Positions 20,279-30,681 of a stretch of 54,813 nucleotides of DNA are shown one piece after another. Every line of letters starts with the position of its first letter. Position 1 is the first letter of the stretch. Source of the DNA: Ignavibacteriales bacterium (GTDB taxonomy: Bacteria > Bacteroidota > Ignavibacteria > UBA10030 > BY39); NCBI GenBank assembly GCA_037443685.1, contig JBBINX010000007.1, positions 1 to 54,813 of the forward strand, in the 5' to 3' direction. The position numbers and the translations under genes were made by a program. The notes under the pieces were generated by a model, which was not told where the DNA came from, made no database searches, and worked only from the letters and a program-made list of their open reading frames with translations.

Positions 20279-22186
20279 TTATCGATGTAAATACACCATC
20301 AGTGCGGATATGTCGGCAGAAGTAACTCCAGGAACCCTAGATGCCTGCCCAATTGATTGTGGTTTTATCTTGTTTAACATTTCTCTACCTTCTTTTGAGA
20401 TAGCTTTCATCCTATTAAAATCGTAATTAATTGGTATTGGAATTGACTCTAATTGCTCAAATTTCTTAATTTGCTCATTCTGCCGGTGAATATAACCCTC
20501 GTACTTTATTTCGATGTCTACCTGTTCAAAAACTTGGTTTCTTATTCGTTCGTCTAACAATTCAAATCTCTCAACCAATTCAATATTTCTCAAAGAGGTT
20601 AAGTTCAACAGATCTTTCATTTTAGTATTGGTTCGTTTAAGTGCTTGATATAAGCTGTCTTTTTGGATAAATGGCATTTCGCCGATAGATGTTAAATAGG
20701 AGTTTATCTCCTGAGGTGAAATATATTTTGTTTTAAGAAATTTAAGAAATTCGCCTATCCAGATTTCTTTTAAACGAAGTCTCTGATAAGCTGTTTCGGG
20801 TATTAATCCAAATTGGTATCCATACTTCATCAACCTTTTATCTGCGTTATCTTGACGGAGAATCAATCTGTATTCAGCTCGTGATGTAAACATCCTGTAT
20901 GGTTCATCAGAACCGATATTAATTAAATCATCTATTAGAACGCCGATATATGCTTCAGAACGTTTCAGTATAAATGGCTCCTTGTTTTGAATTTGCAAAG
21001 CTGCATTGATACCCGCGACGATACCTTGGGCGGCAGCTTCTTCGTATCCTGATGTACCATTTATTTGTCCTGCAAAATATAGACCTTTGATAAGCTTGGT
21101 TTCTAATGTGTGTTTTAATTGATACGTTGGGAAATAGTCATACTCCACTGCGTAACCAGGACGTAATAATTTTACATTTTCTAGCCCGGGTATTGTCCTA
21201 AGAGCTCTTTCTTGTACATCGGCTGGGAGACTTGAGGAAAAGCCATTAACATATACAACATTAGTATTGTATCCTTCTAATTCTAAAAATATTTGGTGTC
21301 TCTCTTTATCTTCAAACCTGTAAATTTTATCTTCAATAGAAGGACAGTACCTAGGACCCTTCCCTTTAATAACTCCTGTAAATAACGGAGATTTGTCGAA
21401 TCCTGTTTTAAGGATATCGTGGGTTTTTGGGTTAGTAAAAGTTAAATACATTGGAATCAGCTGATTTGTAATCTTGTCAGTTTGAAATGAAAACGGCATT
21501 GGTGGATCATCGCTTTTATGGATTTCAACTTTAAAAAGGTCGATAGTATTAAAATCAATTCTTGGTGGTGTGCCGGTCTTCAGTCGGCCGCACTCAAATC
21601 CTAATTTTTCGAGGTTTCCACTCAAATTATTTGCAGCTTGTTCTCCGTACCGACCGCCAACTGTAGTTTCCAATCCAGTATACATTATTCCTCGTAGAAA
21701 TGTTCCTGCGCAAATAATCACAGAATGACCGAATATTATTCTTTCTTTGTGTGTTTTTACGCCCTTGACCAATATTTGTCCGGCACTCGGCTTTTCGGTA
21801 ATCACTTCATCAACGATATCTGCTAAAATATCTAGTCCATCTTGATCAAAAACCCGCCGTTTCGATTCGTTGGAATATGCTTGTCTATCGGATTGGCAAC
21901 GTGGTGACCATACCGCAGGACCTTTTGATTTATTAAGCATTTTAAACTGGATACCAGTAGTATCGGCAATTTTTGCCATTTCGCCACCTAGAGCATCTAT
22001 TTCTCGCACAAGGTGCCCTTTCGCAGCGCCACCTATTGCAGGATTACAAGACTCTTCACCGATTTTAGATATATCCATGGTTATCATAACGGTTTTTAAG
22101 CCCATTCGAGCGGTAGCTAACCCCGCTTCAATTCCCGCGTGTCCACCGCCAACTACAATCACATCATATTTATTTGCCAAATTCAT
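20279..22186 (-). CDS. mnmG: tRNA uridine-5-carboxymethylaminomethyl modification enzyme MnmG
   Basis: 'GGGHAGIEA', 'SCNPAIGG', 'RLKTGTPPR', '[11 protein letters not shown]', '[16 protein letters not shown]', '[14 protein letters not shown]'. Confidence 0.98.
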   Translation of the reverse strand: MNLANKYDVIVVGGGHAGIEAGLATARMGLKTVMITMDISKIGEESCNPAIGGAAKGHLVREIDALGGEMAKIADTTGIQFKMLNKSKGPAVWSPRCQSDRQAYSNESKRRVFDQDGLDILADIVDEVITEKPSAGQILVKGVKTHKERIIFGHSVIICAGTFLRGIMYTGLETTVGGRYGEQAANNLSGNLEKLGFECGRLKTGTPPRIDFNTIDLFKVEIHKSDDPPMPFSFQTDKITNQLIPMYLTFTNPKTHDILKTGFDKSPLFTGVIKGKGPRYCPSIEDKIYRFEDKERHQIFLELEGYNTNVVYVNGFSSSLPADVQERALRTIPGLENVKLLRPGYAVEYDYFPTYQLKHTLETKLIKGLYFAGQINGTSGYEEAAAQGIVAGINAALQIQNKEPFILKRSEAYIGVLIDDLINIGSDEPYRMFTSRAEYRLILRQDNADKRLMKYGYQFGLIPETAYQRLRLKEIWIGEFLKFLKTKYISPQEINSYLTSIGEMPFIQKDSLYQALKRTNTKMKDLLNLTSLRNIELVERFELLDERIRNQVFEQVDIEIKYEGYIHRQNEQIKKFEQLESIPIPINYDFNRMKAISKEGREMLNKIKPQSIGQASRVPGVTSADISALMVYLHR

Positions 22187-22191
22187 TTTAT

Positions 22192-22207
22192 TGTTTCACG
22201 TGAAACT
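22192..22207. promoter_or_regulatory. parS site (ParB binding)
   Basis: TGTTTCACGTGAAACt (15/16 consensus) in the 23-bp mnmG/mnmE gap. Confidence 0.85.
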
Positions 22208-22209
22208 TG

Positions 22210-23607
22210 TTATTTACCAATGCAGAATTTTGAAAAAATGTCATTTAATATATCGTCAGTTGTAACTTCACCCGTAATAGTTCCGAGTGAATTTATTGCA
22301 GCGCGAATATCAATCGAAATAAATTCACCGCTTAAATTATTATTTACGCTAACCATAGCTAACTCTAAACTTTTTTTAGCATTAACCAATTCCTGACGAT
22401 GTCTTTCAGCGGATATTAATATTCCTCCTTCGGGAGGTAATGGGTTGTTTGAAAACACTGTATCAAATGCTAATTTCTTCAACACATGAATTCCAGTGCC
22501 CGTAATAGCAGAAACTTGTCCAATAGGAAAAACTTGAAATTGTGATGAAATTGGGTTAAGTAGCAATTTTTCTTTTTGAACCAAGTCGATTTTATTGAGA
22601 ACAATTAAAACAGTTTTTCCGTCAGATATTAGTTGATTTATCAATCTAACTTCTTCTTCAAAAGTGTCTTGACTGATATCCACTAAAAATAATACAATAT
22701 CAGATTCTTTAATTTTTTTATGTGACCTCCGAACGCCTTCAATTTCAATATTATCAATCGACGAACGAATTCCAGCAGTATCAGTCAATTTAAATAAAAT
22801 ACCATTGATGATAAAGTTTTCTTCAATAATATCTCGTGTTGTACCAGGATGTGGCGTAACGATTGCGCGATCTTCTCCAAGTAATAGATTCAATAAACTT
22901 GACTTTCCAGAATTGGGTCTTCCGGCGATAACTACTTTTATTCCTTCGCGACAGAGTCTCCCTTGTTGATATGTATCTATTAGGTTTTGAAGTTTTGATA
23001 AAATATTTAATAATGTTTCAATTATTGAGCTTTTTTCAGTTAAAATGATGTTTTCTTCGACAAAATCCAATTCTAACTCAATCAAACCAATTAAGTTGAT
23101 AAGTTGTGAATTAATGTTGATAATTTTATGGGATAGATTTCCCTCTAATTGAGAAATTGAAACCTTGTGGGCTAAATCTGAACGTGCTTTAATCAGATCA
23201 GCAACAGCCTCAGCTTGTGCGAGGTCGATTTTTCCGTTCAAAAAAGCTCTTTTTGTAAATTCGCCTGGTTTCGCCATGCGGATGCCAGAATCCAAAATTA
23301 TTTGTAGAATTTTATTAGTAACAAACCACCCACCGTGACAATTAATTTCTACCATATCTTCAGAAGTATAAGAGTTCGGATTCCTGAATACGGAAACCAA
23401 TACCTCATCAATAGCTTCCTCGCTGTGGTTTGTGATGCATCCGAAATGTATTGTATGAGAATTTGCTGCGGCAAGGTGGATTTTTCCTTTAAATATTTTA
23501 TCAATAAGCTCTATACATCCATCACCGCTAACGCGTACTATTGAAATCGCACCCTCACCTACCGGAGTAGATATTGCTGCTATTATTTCTTGATTGTATT
23601 TTAACAT
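22210..23607 (-). CDS. mnmE: tRNA modification GTPase MnmE
   Basis: 'AISTP.GEGAI', 'GEFTKRAFLNGK', G1 'GRPNSGKSS', 'GTTRD', 'DTAG', 'NKID', C-terminal 'FCIGK'. Confidence 0.98.
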   Translation of the reverse strand: MLKYNQEIIAAISTPVGEGAISIVRVSGDGCIELIDKIFKGKIHLAAANSHTIHFGCITNHSEEAIDEVLVSVFRNPNSYTSEDMVEINCHGGWFVTNKILQIILDSGIRMAKPGEFTKRAFLNGKIDLAQAEAVADLIKARSDLAHKVSISQLEGNLSHKIININSQLINLIGLIELELDFVEENIILTEKSSIIETLLNILSKLQNLIDTYQQGRLCREGIKVVIAGRPNSGKSSLLNLLLGEDRAIVTPHPGTTRDIIEENFIINGILFKLTDTAGIRSSIDNIEIEGVRRSHKKIKESDIVLFLVDISQDTFEEEVRLINQLISDGKTVLIVLNKIDLVQKEKLLLNPISSQFQVFPIGQVSAITGTGIHVLKKLAFDTVFSNNPLPPEGGILISAERHRQELVNAKKSLELAMVSVNNNLSGEFISIDIRAAINSLGTITGEVTTDDILNDIFSKFCIGK

Positions 23608-23811
23608 TAATGTTATTTAATTTACTAAAATTTGTTAGGTTAAGCAATTAGTAAGAATAAGACCAAATTTTCAGATACATTTAAATATCTGAACTATTGA
23701 GCAAATAAATAAATGATAAATGTGGGTGGGGCACTTTGGGGTGGATGTCAAAATATTTATACAAGATAACTTGTCTCTTTAACGCGGTCTTTAGCCGCTC
23801 ATAATAGAAAT

Positions 23812-23845
23812 AAAAAAAAGCCATACTTTTTATAGTATGGCTTTT
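23812..23845 (-). terminator. Rho-independent terminator after tRNA-Pro
   Basis: Minus strand reads AAAAGCCATACT-ataaaa-AGTATGGCTTTTTTTT. Confidence 0.85.
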
Positions 23846-23847
23846 AG

Positions 23848-23922
23848 TCGGAACGGCGGGATTTGAACCCGCGACCCCTTGCACCCCAAGCAAGTGCGCT
23901 AGCCGGGCTGCGCTACGTTCCG
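23848..23922 (-). tRNA. tRNA-Pro (GGG)
   Basis: Cloverleaf CGGAACG...CTTGC-TTGGGGT-GCAAG...GCGGG-TTCAAAT-CCCGC-CGTTCCG-A; CCA not encoded. Confidence 0.97.
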
Positions 23923-24069
23923 AGTATAGATTATTTAGTTTTGTATTTTGTAACACTTGCAAAGCCTATACAGCTTCTTCTAGGCTTGTATATTTTGCAA
24001 TACGAATTATTTCTACGATAATGTCTGCGTGATATTTATTAGACACTCTTTATCAGCTCAATATAATAC

Positions 24070-24468
24070 TTACTGTGTCAACCTTACTAACATCTCTTCA
24101 AAGAACCTTTTTATCTCAATTAAATCGTTCCGTAAACGATTTTCGATAGGTTTCGGCGGAGCTTCTGTTTGCTCGGTAATCGGAGGTATTAACTCAAGCT
24201 GCTCGCCCCCCTCATCGTTAGGAATATACGATTGTAAAACCTGCTTGGCACCCTCAATAGTGTAGCGCTCGTCCCTCAACAGCTTTTTTATATGCAAAAT
24301 CGTTTTAATATCACGGTTTGTATAAATTCGATTGCCTGCACGATTTTTTGCCGGCTGAAGATGTTCGAATTCAGATTCCCAATATCTTAAAACATATTGT
24401 TCAAGGTCTGTTATTTTACTAACCTCGCTAATTGAGTAGTAAAGTTTTTTTATGCCGAGTTGTTTCAT
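24070..24468 (-). CDS. MerR family transcriptional regulator
   Basis: 'YYSISEVS....LEQYVLRYWESEF..L.P.KNRAGNR.Y', 'YTIEGAK'. Confidence 0.9.
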   Translation of the reverse strand: MKQLGIKKLYYSISEVSKITDLEQYVLRYWESEFEHLQPAKNRAGNRIYTNRDIKTILHIKKLLRDERYTIEGAKQVLQSYIPNDEGGEQLELIPPITEQTEAPPKPIENRLRNDLIEIKRFFEEMLVRLTQ

Positions 24469-24535
24469 ATAACACTCACAATGTTTGTAAAATACAATTG
24501 TATAATAAGCAAATTCAGATTTAAAGGCAAACGGT

Positions 24536-24919
24536 TCAATTCATGCTTTCTATAATCACAAACGCTATTACAACAGTTTCAGAGTGTGAAATAGAGATGA
24601 AAACTTTTTGCTCTGTGAGTAATTCTTTCATTTTTCCAGACAATATAATGGCCGGTTTGCCAGAGGGGTCGTTCGTAACTTCCACGTCTTTCCACCTAAA
24701 CCCGCTGCTCCACCCGGTTGAAATCGCTTTTGCTACGGCTTCTTTTGCGGCGAACCGTGCGGCAAGGTGCTGTACAAATTCTTTTTTCGATTGTGCGTAT
24801 TGTAGCTCGGTTTCAGTAAAAACTTTTTCCAAAAACCTGTTACCGTAGTCATTAACTGATTTTTTGAATCGCACAATTTCTACAACATCTATTCCTATCC
24901 CCGAAATCATATTCTTCAC
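24536..24919 (-). CDS. acpS: Holo-[acyl-carrier-protein] synthase
   Basis: 'GIGIDVVE', 'AARFAAKEA..KA', 'GKP', 'SISHS'. Confidence 0.95.
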   Translation of the reverse strand: MKNMISGIGIDVVEIVRFKKSVNDYGNRFLEKVFTETELQYAQSKKEFVQHLAARFAAKEAVAKAISTGWSSGFRWKDVEVTNDPSGKPAIILSGKMKELLTEQKVFISISHSETVVIAFVIIESMN

Positions 24920-25599
24920 AATATATTTTCTGATTTAACAATTTCTATTAACTCTTGGACATCGTCGATTTCATAATCGGCACCGGAGTTTATGGTTCCA
25001 AATGTATCACCGTATCGTGCAAAAACTGTTTTCATACCAACTTTTGCAGCACCGACAACATCGCGCTCAGCCCAATCTCCAACCATCAGAGCTTCGCCCC
25101 CATTCACACCGAGTGCATCAAGAACCTTTTGAAACGGTACTGGACTTGGCTTTCTCTCACCAGTGTCATCGAACGTAACGATACAATCGAATATATGATG
25201 AAGGTTTAGATAACAAAGCCGCAGCCAAGCTTCTCGTGAAGGTGCATCTGATACTACCGCTAATTTCATCCCTAACTTTGTAAGCTCTATTAGTGTTAAA
25301 TAAACGTGTGGATAAGGAACTAATGCAGCTTCGCGAGCACGACGGTATGCAATTATTCCTGCTGATAATATTTTATAATCAACTTTCTGAAAGATATCGT
25401 ACATCAACTGGTCGAACACACTCTGAAATTCCATTCCGCGTTCTTTATAGATAGCATCGATACGTGAGTGAACTTCCGCTTTCGGTAACTGTAAACCCGC
25501 ATCTATCATCGAGTTAACGGCAGCGTCTATCGCGAGACGTTTCATTGCCATAAAATCTACTAACGTATTGTCCAAATCGAATACTACTGCACGTATCAT
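24916..25599 (-). CDS. HAD family hydrolase
   Basis: 'FDLDNTL', 'VSD', 'KPSP', 'MVGD...DV.GA'. Confidence 0.9.
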   Translation of the reverse strand: MIRAVVFDLDNTLVDFMAMKRLAIDAAVNSMIDAGLQLPKAEVHSRIDAIYKERGMEFQSVFDQLMYDIFQKVDYKILSAGIIAYRRAREAALVPYPHVYLTLIELTKLGMKLAVVSDAPSREAWLRLCYLNLHHIFDCIVTFDDTGERKPSPVPFQKVLDALGVNGGEALMVGDWAERDVVGAAKVGMKTVFARYGDTFGTINSGADYEIDDVQELIEIVKSENIL

Positions 25600-25898
25600 T
25601 TTATTTTTTCCTTCTTGATTCGGTTTTTTTCTGCTTCACCCTGTTTGCGTACAACCTCATCTTCGATATATTGGCGCACCGCCGGTTTCAAAAAAACATT
25701 CTCGAGGCCGATTTCATAAATTCCTTGCGCTAATACCGAAGCTTTTCGATTATCAAATATTTTTTTATTAACCACAAGAATTTTTTGGGTTTTCAAAATG
25801 CAAAATCCACCGTCAAAATCTCCTTTTTCATATCTTACTTTGATTCCGAGTTGGGCGGCTAATTCTTCTAATTCTTTTAATAATATTTCCTGATTCAT
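25596..25898 (-). CDS. Conserved hypothetical protein
   Basis: 'GIKVRYEKGDFDGGFC' small protein; ATGA overlap with the upstream gene supports a start at 25898. Confidence 0.7.
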   Translation of the reverse strand: MNQEILLKELEELAAQLGIKVRYEKGDFDGGFCILKTQKILVVNKKIFDNRKASVLAQGIYEIGLENVFLKPAVRQYIEDEVVRKQGEAEKNRIKKEKIK

Positions 25899-26434
25899 AC
25901 CGATGTGTCGTTCCGTTTTAACGGTTGAAAAATTACTAACCAGATGATGGTATAATAACAAAACTGAGCAATTATAGGTACGCCCGACAATGCAGCTATT
26001 CTGTGAATTAGCAATTTCCTGAATTCAACCAGCTCACCTTGCGTGAACAAGTCTTGATATATCATCCTGCCGTCTAACACCAATGTGTAAATTTCGACTG
26101 GTGTAAAGAGATAAAATAAAATTGCGCTCATCATTAGCCAACCATTCTGTCTCAATTTTAACCGTGTCGTTGCTAAAAATGATATTCCAGCCATCCAGAC
26201 AACGACGTATGAGATAAATATGATGATAGAACTTTTTGCTATCAACCCAAAAATGGAACGTTCTACCAATGGATTGATATTTGGCTCAAAGTCGAGTGTT
26301 CCCATAATTAGAATATCGTTTCCGATTACGGCTCTGATATTTATTCCACCGAGCCAAAAAATTGTTCCGATAAGGATAACTAATAGAGAAACTTTGGCAG
26401 TTCGAGTTTCTTCTGGTATAGGTATTTGATTCAT
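25895..26434 (-). CDS. Hypothetical integral membrane protein (about 4 TM)
   Basis: Four hydrophobic segments; first gene of the leftward operon. Confidence 0.7.
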   Translation of the reverse strand: MNQIPIPEETRTAKVSLLVILIGTIFWLGGINIRAVIGNDILIMGTLDFEPNINPLVERSIFGLIAKSSIIIFISYVVVWMAGISFLATTRLKLRQNGWLMMSAILFYLFTPVEIYTLVLDGRMIYQDLFTQGELVEFRKLLIHRIAALSGVPIIAQFCYYTIIWLVIFQPLKRNDTSV

Positions 26435-26536
26435 GTTGGAATAAAATAAAATAATTTAAGAATATTTCCAAAATGTTGGAATTCTTGATTTTTATTGTAA
26501 TACTTCAGATATTTTAACATTATGAGGGTTATTGCT

Positions 26537-27034
26537 ATGAAAAAGATTATCATTACACTATTAATCATATCTATTGCAGGGTGCAGTTCGCAGAAGCCTG
26601 TATTTAAAAACGAGGATAAAGTTGTACAGGATACGGTAAAAGTTGAGCGAGCAGTTCTGCAACCAACTTTGAACGCGTCGACAGCAATCAAAGAAAACAG
26701 CACACTCGTTGCAGCCGTTGTTGACTCGGTTGAATCGTTAGACAGCATAGGATATAAAATCATAGCACGGCTGCAGACTGCTATCCCGGCGTTGTCACAC
26801 GAAAGCATACTTGAGCCAGGACAAACCATCACAATTTATCCTGCTTTTATACTGAACGAAAATAAAGAAATAGATGCTGGAAATCTTACCAACAACAAAC
26901 TTATAGAATTAAGGACGATAAAACGAAAAGGATATTTTATCGGCAATGTCAGTTTAGCGGCTGATAATAAATATTACATCACGGCGGTAGAAGTGTTTTC
27001 GAATCCTCCTGAAGAGATTAATAATGAATTTTAA
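26537..27034 (+). CDS. Hypothetical lipoprotein
   Basis: MKK + hydrophobic stretch + lipobox IAG-C; overlaps the next gene. Confidence 0.7.
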   Translation: MKKIIITLLIISIAGCSSQKPVFKNEDKVVQDTVKVERAVLQPTLNASTAIKENSTLVAAVVDSVESLDSIGYKIIARLQTAIPALSHESILEPGQTITIYPAFILNENKEIDAGNLTNNKLIELRTIKRKGYFIGNVSLAADNKYYITAVEVFSNPPEEINNEF

Positions 27035-30029
27035 AAAAATAAATATATTTATATTTTCCCTGGTTTTCTTAGCCTCGTTACTTATAAATTTAGACGAGAA
27101 AAAAAACAGTGGCATCTATTCAAACAACCCATCATATTACAGGTCAACTAATCGAATAAAAGCGGGAAAGCCAAAAGCGGATAAACCCGGCGAAGCAGTA
27201 AAATGGATGTTCGAGCAGAGGGCATATCCCACCAAGGGCATACCAACAGACTGGAGAAATCGCGCACTTACACACATAAATAATAATAATCTATTAAAGG
27301 ATTCAAAAACCGCTATAAATTGGACGGCAGTCGGTCCGTATAATATCGGTGGAAGGGTTCGTGCGATTGCAATATCTAACCAGAATCCTGATTTAATCTA
27401 TGCAAGCTCAGTTAGTGGTGGCATTTTTAAATCGACTAATGGCGGATCATCATGGGTACCAATAAGTGATTATGCGTCTAACCTTGCAATTTCTTCGATA
27501 GTAATCGACCCTAATAACAATAATATTATTTATGCAGGTACGGGAGAAGGCTTTTTCAACTACGACGCTGTACGCGGCGAGGGGATTTTGAAAACTAATG
27601 ACGGAGGTATTACTTGGAGTCTTCAGAAAAATTTTTCGGGTACAACTGAGTTTCCATACTTCATCAACGATTTATATTTGCGTCCCGATAGCACTAATAT
27701 TCTATACGCTGCCACAAACAACGGACTTTTTAGAACGACTAATTCAGGAAATAATTGGAGCTTCATTCATCAGGGTTCTTTCTCCATCCGAGCCACTCAA
27801 GTAGTTGGCGACCCCTTAACCCCGGCTACTTTTTATATATGCTATGGCAATCATACCCAAGATGGAATTTATAAAACTATAAATGGGGGTAAAACTTTTA
27901 CAAAATTATCCAGCGGTTTTCCAACTGCAGGATATAATCGAATTGCATTAGCTGTTTCGAAAAGCAATCCTAATATTTTATTTGCTTCTTTGGATTCTGC
28001 ATCAACACATTTTACACACAGCATTCAAAAATCCACAGACGGCGGTATAACTTGGACAGCAGTCGCTAAACCAATTGATCTAATGTTAGGCGGTTCACAT
28101 TTAGGCGGACAAGGTTGGTATAACAACGTTATAGCTGTACATCCTACTAATCAGAATTTGGTGTTTGCTGGTGGAGTTAATCTTTTTAAATCAACTAACG
28201 GAGGTGCCAGTTGGTCGATGAGTACTTATGGTTATCCGCCCTCAGCATATCCTTACGTCCATGTCGATCATCATGAAATAAAATTTCACCCCACCGATCC
28301 TGCTATTATATATTTTGGAACTGACGGCGGAATATTTAAAACAACGAATACAGGTACTACTTTTATTGAATTAAACAACGGATTTGAAACTACACAATTT
28401 TATAGCGGTGCGGTACATCCTACCTCCGATATTTATTACGGTGGAACACAAGACAACGGAACATTGAAATCGAATACTCTTCCAAACTGGTCGATGGTGT
28501 TTGGCGGTGATGGCGGTGCAACGGCAGTCGATTTCAATTCACCGAATATTGTTTACACTGAATATATAAATCTACATATTAGGAAATCCACAAATTCGGG
28601 AACAACTTGGTTAAGAGCAATGGCAGGCATTCCCGCAGGAACGGGAGAGTATGACGGGACTACTGACAGAGTTTTATTCATCGCACCTTTTGTTATGGAT
28701 CCGACTAATTCTTCTATACTTGTTGCTGGAACATACAAACTTTATAGAACTACTAATTCAGCAGTATCTTGGATAAGCATGAGTAATGATTTGACTGGAG
28801 ACGGAACTGGTGCAATCGGTTCAAAAATTTCTGCAATTGCTATTTCAAAAACATCTTCTTCAACGATTTATGTAGGAACTACGGGCAGCAGCACTTCGGC
28901 TTCGAGAGTTGTGGTTACAACAAATACGGGTGTGAGCTGGGCTACAATTAGCAAACCACCTCTTCCTAATCGTTATGTAACGAGTTTAGCCATTCACGAG
29001 AATAATTCTGATGTTGTTTGGGTTGGCTTCTCGGGCTACAACACTAACACAACGACAACACCAGGTCATATTTTTAAGAGTACAAATAGAGGGTCTTCTT
29101 GGACTGACGTAAGCGGCAACCTTCCAGATATTCCTATCAATACAATTATAGTCAACCCAAACTATGAGAAGAATATCTTGATTGGAACCGACCTTGGGAT
29201 TTTTGAAACTAATGATGGTGGAACGGTTTGGACCCAACAAAACTATGGAATGGCGAATGTAGTTGTTGCCGACCTAGACTTGCGCAGCGATTATTTTGTG
29301 TTTGCTGCAACGCACGGGAGAGGTATGTTTAAAGCGCGGCTAACAGTTTTTGCACCGAATGATACAATCTATCCGGGTGATACAAACAACGATGGCATCG
29401 TCGATGCGAGGGATATACTTCCGATTGCGCAATATTACGGGAACACCGGATATCCGCGTATTAATCCGTCGCTCAATTGGTCGCCCCAACAACTTAGTGG
29501 ACCATTTTCTCCGATACAAGCCGCATACGCTGATTGTAATGGTAACGGTACTGTTCAAGCAACTGATGTTCAGGCAATTATTCAAAATTGGTTTTTCACT
29601 CGCAACCCCATTTCTATGCAACCAACCAATCGTGTAACTACTTGTGAAGAACTACTAAATTCAATTGGAACGCATCCAACTTCCAGTCCGATGAAAGAAA
29701 TTCGAAGTGAAATTATCCGTTACAGGTCTGAATTACTCAACGTCCCAAACGAATGGAAATTAGACCAGAACTATCCAAATCCATTTAACTCGAGTACAAA
29801 GATAAGATTTAACACACCAGAAGAAGTTACATCGGTCAAACTAATTATCTACGATATAACAGGAAAGTTGATAAAGGAAATGGGTAAGACCAATGTCCTT
29901 CCAGGATATAATTATTTTGAATGGGATTCGACAAACGATAGCGGCCTCCCCGTTTCGAGCGGTGTTTTTTATTATACTCTGACTTCAGATAAAATCCGAC
30001 TCTCAAAAAAAATGATTTTAATTCGATAA
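27024..30029 (+). CDS. T9SS-secreted BNR/Asp-box (VPS10/GH74-like) beta-propeller protein with dockerin-like domain
   Basis: Many 'FKSTNGG..W' Asp-box repeats, 'HVDHH', 'ATHGRG'; paired Ca loops 'GDTNNDGIVDARD' / 'ADCNGNGTVQATD'; CTD 'LDQNYPNPFN...IYDITG...SSGVFYY...KKMILIR'. Confidence 0.85.
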   Translation: MNFKKINIFIFSLVFLASLLINLDEKKNSGIYSNNPSYYRSTNRIKAGKPKADKPGEAVKWMFEQRAYPTKGIPTDWRNRALTHINNNNLLKDSKTAINWTAVGPYNIGGRVRAIAISNQNPDLIYASSVSGGIFKSTNGGSSWVPISDYASNLAISSIVIDPNNNNIIYAGTGEGFFNYDAVRGEGILKTNDGGITWSLQKNFSGTTEFPYFINDLYLRPDSTNILYAATNNGLFRTTNSGNNWSFIHQGSFSIRATQVVGDPLTPATFYICYGNHTQDGIYKTINGGKTFTKLSSGFPTAGYNRIALAVSKSNPNILFASLDSASTHFTHSIQKSTDGGITWTAVAKPIDLMLGGSHLGGQGWYNNVIAVHPTNQNLVFAGGVNLFKSTNGGASWSMSTYGYPPSAYPYVHVDHHEIKFHPTDPAIIYFGTDGGIFKTTNTGTTFIELNNGFETTQFYSGAVHPTSDIYYGGTQDNGTLKSNTLPNWSMVFGGDGGATAVDFNSPNIVYTEYINLHIRKSTNSGTTWLRAMAGIPAGTGEYDGTTDRVLFIAPFVMDPTNSSILVAGTYKLYRTTNSAVSWISMSNDLTGDGTGAIGSKISAIAISKTSSSTIYVGTTGSSTSASRVVVTTNTGVSWATISKPPLPNRYVTSLAIHENNSDVVWVGFSGYNTNTTTTPGHIFKSTNRGSSWTDVSGNLPDIPINTIIVNPNYEKNILIGTDLGIFETNDGGTVWTQQNYGMANVVVADLDLRSDYFVFAATHGRGMFKARLTVFAPNDTIYPGDTNNDGIVDARDILPIAQYYGNTGYPRINPSLNWSPQQLSGPFSPIQAAYADCNGNGTVQATDVQAIIQNWFFTRNPISMQPTNRVTTCEELLNSIGTHPTSSPMKEIRSEIIRYRSELLNVPNEWKLDQNYPNPFNSSTKIRFNTPEEVTSVKLIIYDITGKLIKEMGKTNVLPGYNYFEWDSTNDSGLPVSSGVFYYTLTSDKIRLSKKMILIR

Positions 30030-30041
30030 GGACGATGGTTA

Positions 30042-30605
30042 ATGAAGAAAACTATATTCTTAATAATATTATTACTATCCGTTGTTTTTTCTAATGGATG
30101 CAAAAAAGATCTCGTTAGTCCGCCACCAACCGTTGAAGATTTTTCATTTCCTCCGAGTACAAAGTTTGCAATTACAATTTACAGCTCTCAAACCGTTATC
30201 AATAAAGGAGATAACATCGATATCAGATTAGTATTTTACAATGTACAAAGTCTGTTCGGGACGGCGATAGAGTTAAACTACCCGAACAATTTGATTGAGT
30301 TCACGGATGACTCTAAGATGCTTTTAGGGCAGTTCTTTCAAATAAGAGATTCAACTTTGGTATTAAAGAAAGTCGAACAACTACAAGGGCGGGCAAGCGT
30401 TGGAATATCATACATTAAGGGAAGTGGATTGACTGCTAACGGCAGCGGCGTAGTTTTTAAGCTTAAGGGACGGGCTATCGCTGCAGGTGTTGCGCAGATT
30501 GATATCAATAAAAATAAATTGCAGATGTTAAGAAACGACGGCACATCGATTAATAATTTCTCAGACATTCTCATCGAAAATTTAACGCTTAATATCCAGT
30601 TTTGA
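30042..30605 (+). CDS. Cohesin-like domain lipoprotein
   Basis: Lipobox SNG-C; 'GDNIDIRL..YNVQSLFG....LNYP...IEF' and 'NGSGVVFKL..RAIAAG...I' follow the cohesin beta-sandwich pattern. Confidence 0.7.
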   Translation: MKKTIFLIILLLSVVFSNGCKKDLVSPPPTVEDFSFPPSTKFAITIYSSQTVINKGDNIDIRLVFYNVQSLFGTAIELNYPNNLIEFTDDSKMLLGQFFQIRDSTLVLKKVEQLQGRASVGISYIKGSGLTANGSGVVFKLKGRAIAAGVAQIDINKNKLQMLRNDGTSINNFSDILIENLTLNIQF

Positions 30606-30681
30606 TTTCACGATATTTTTTCATTATCTTAACACAAATTACAGTAACCTTACAACTAATAATAAAGCTGGAGATTAACCG

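Noticed and set aside
23681-23962. 93-aa minus-strand ORF
   Set aside because: It is a translation through tRNA-Pro and its terminator.
25307-25315. Perfect DnaA box (TGTGGATAA)
   Set aside because: A single copy inside the HAD coding sequence; expected by chance in a window of this size and not clustered.
26431-26832. 133-aa minus-strand ORF
   Set aside because: Antisense shadow of the lipoprotein gene, which has a clear signal peptide and lipobox.
27400-29330. Recurring similar DNA segments in the 1001-aa gene
   Set aside because: Explained by protein-level Asp-box (S/T-x-D/N-G-G-x-x-W) repeats.
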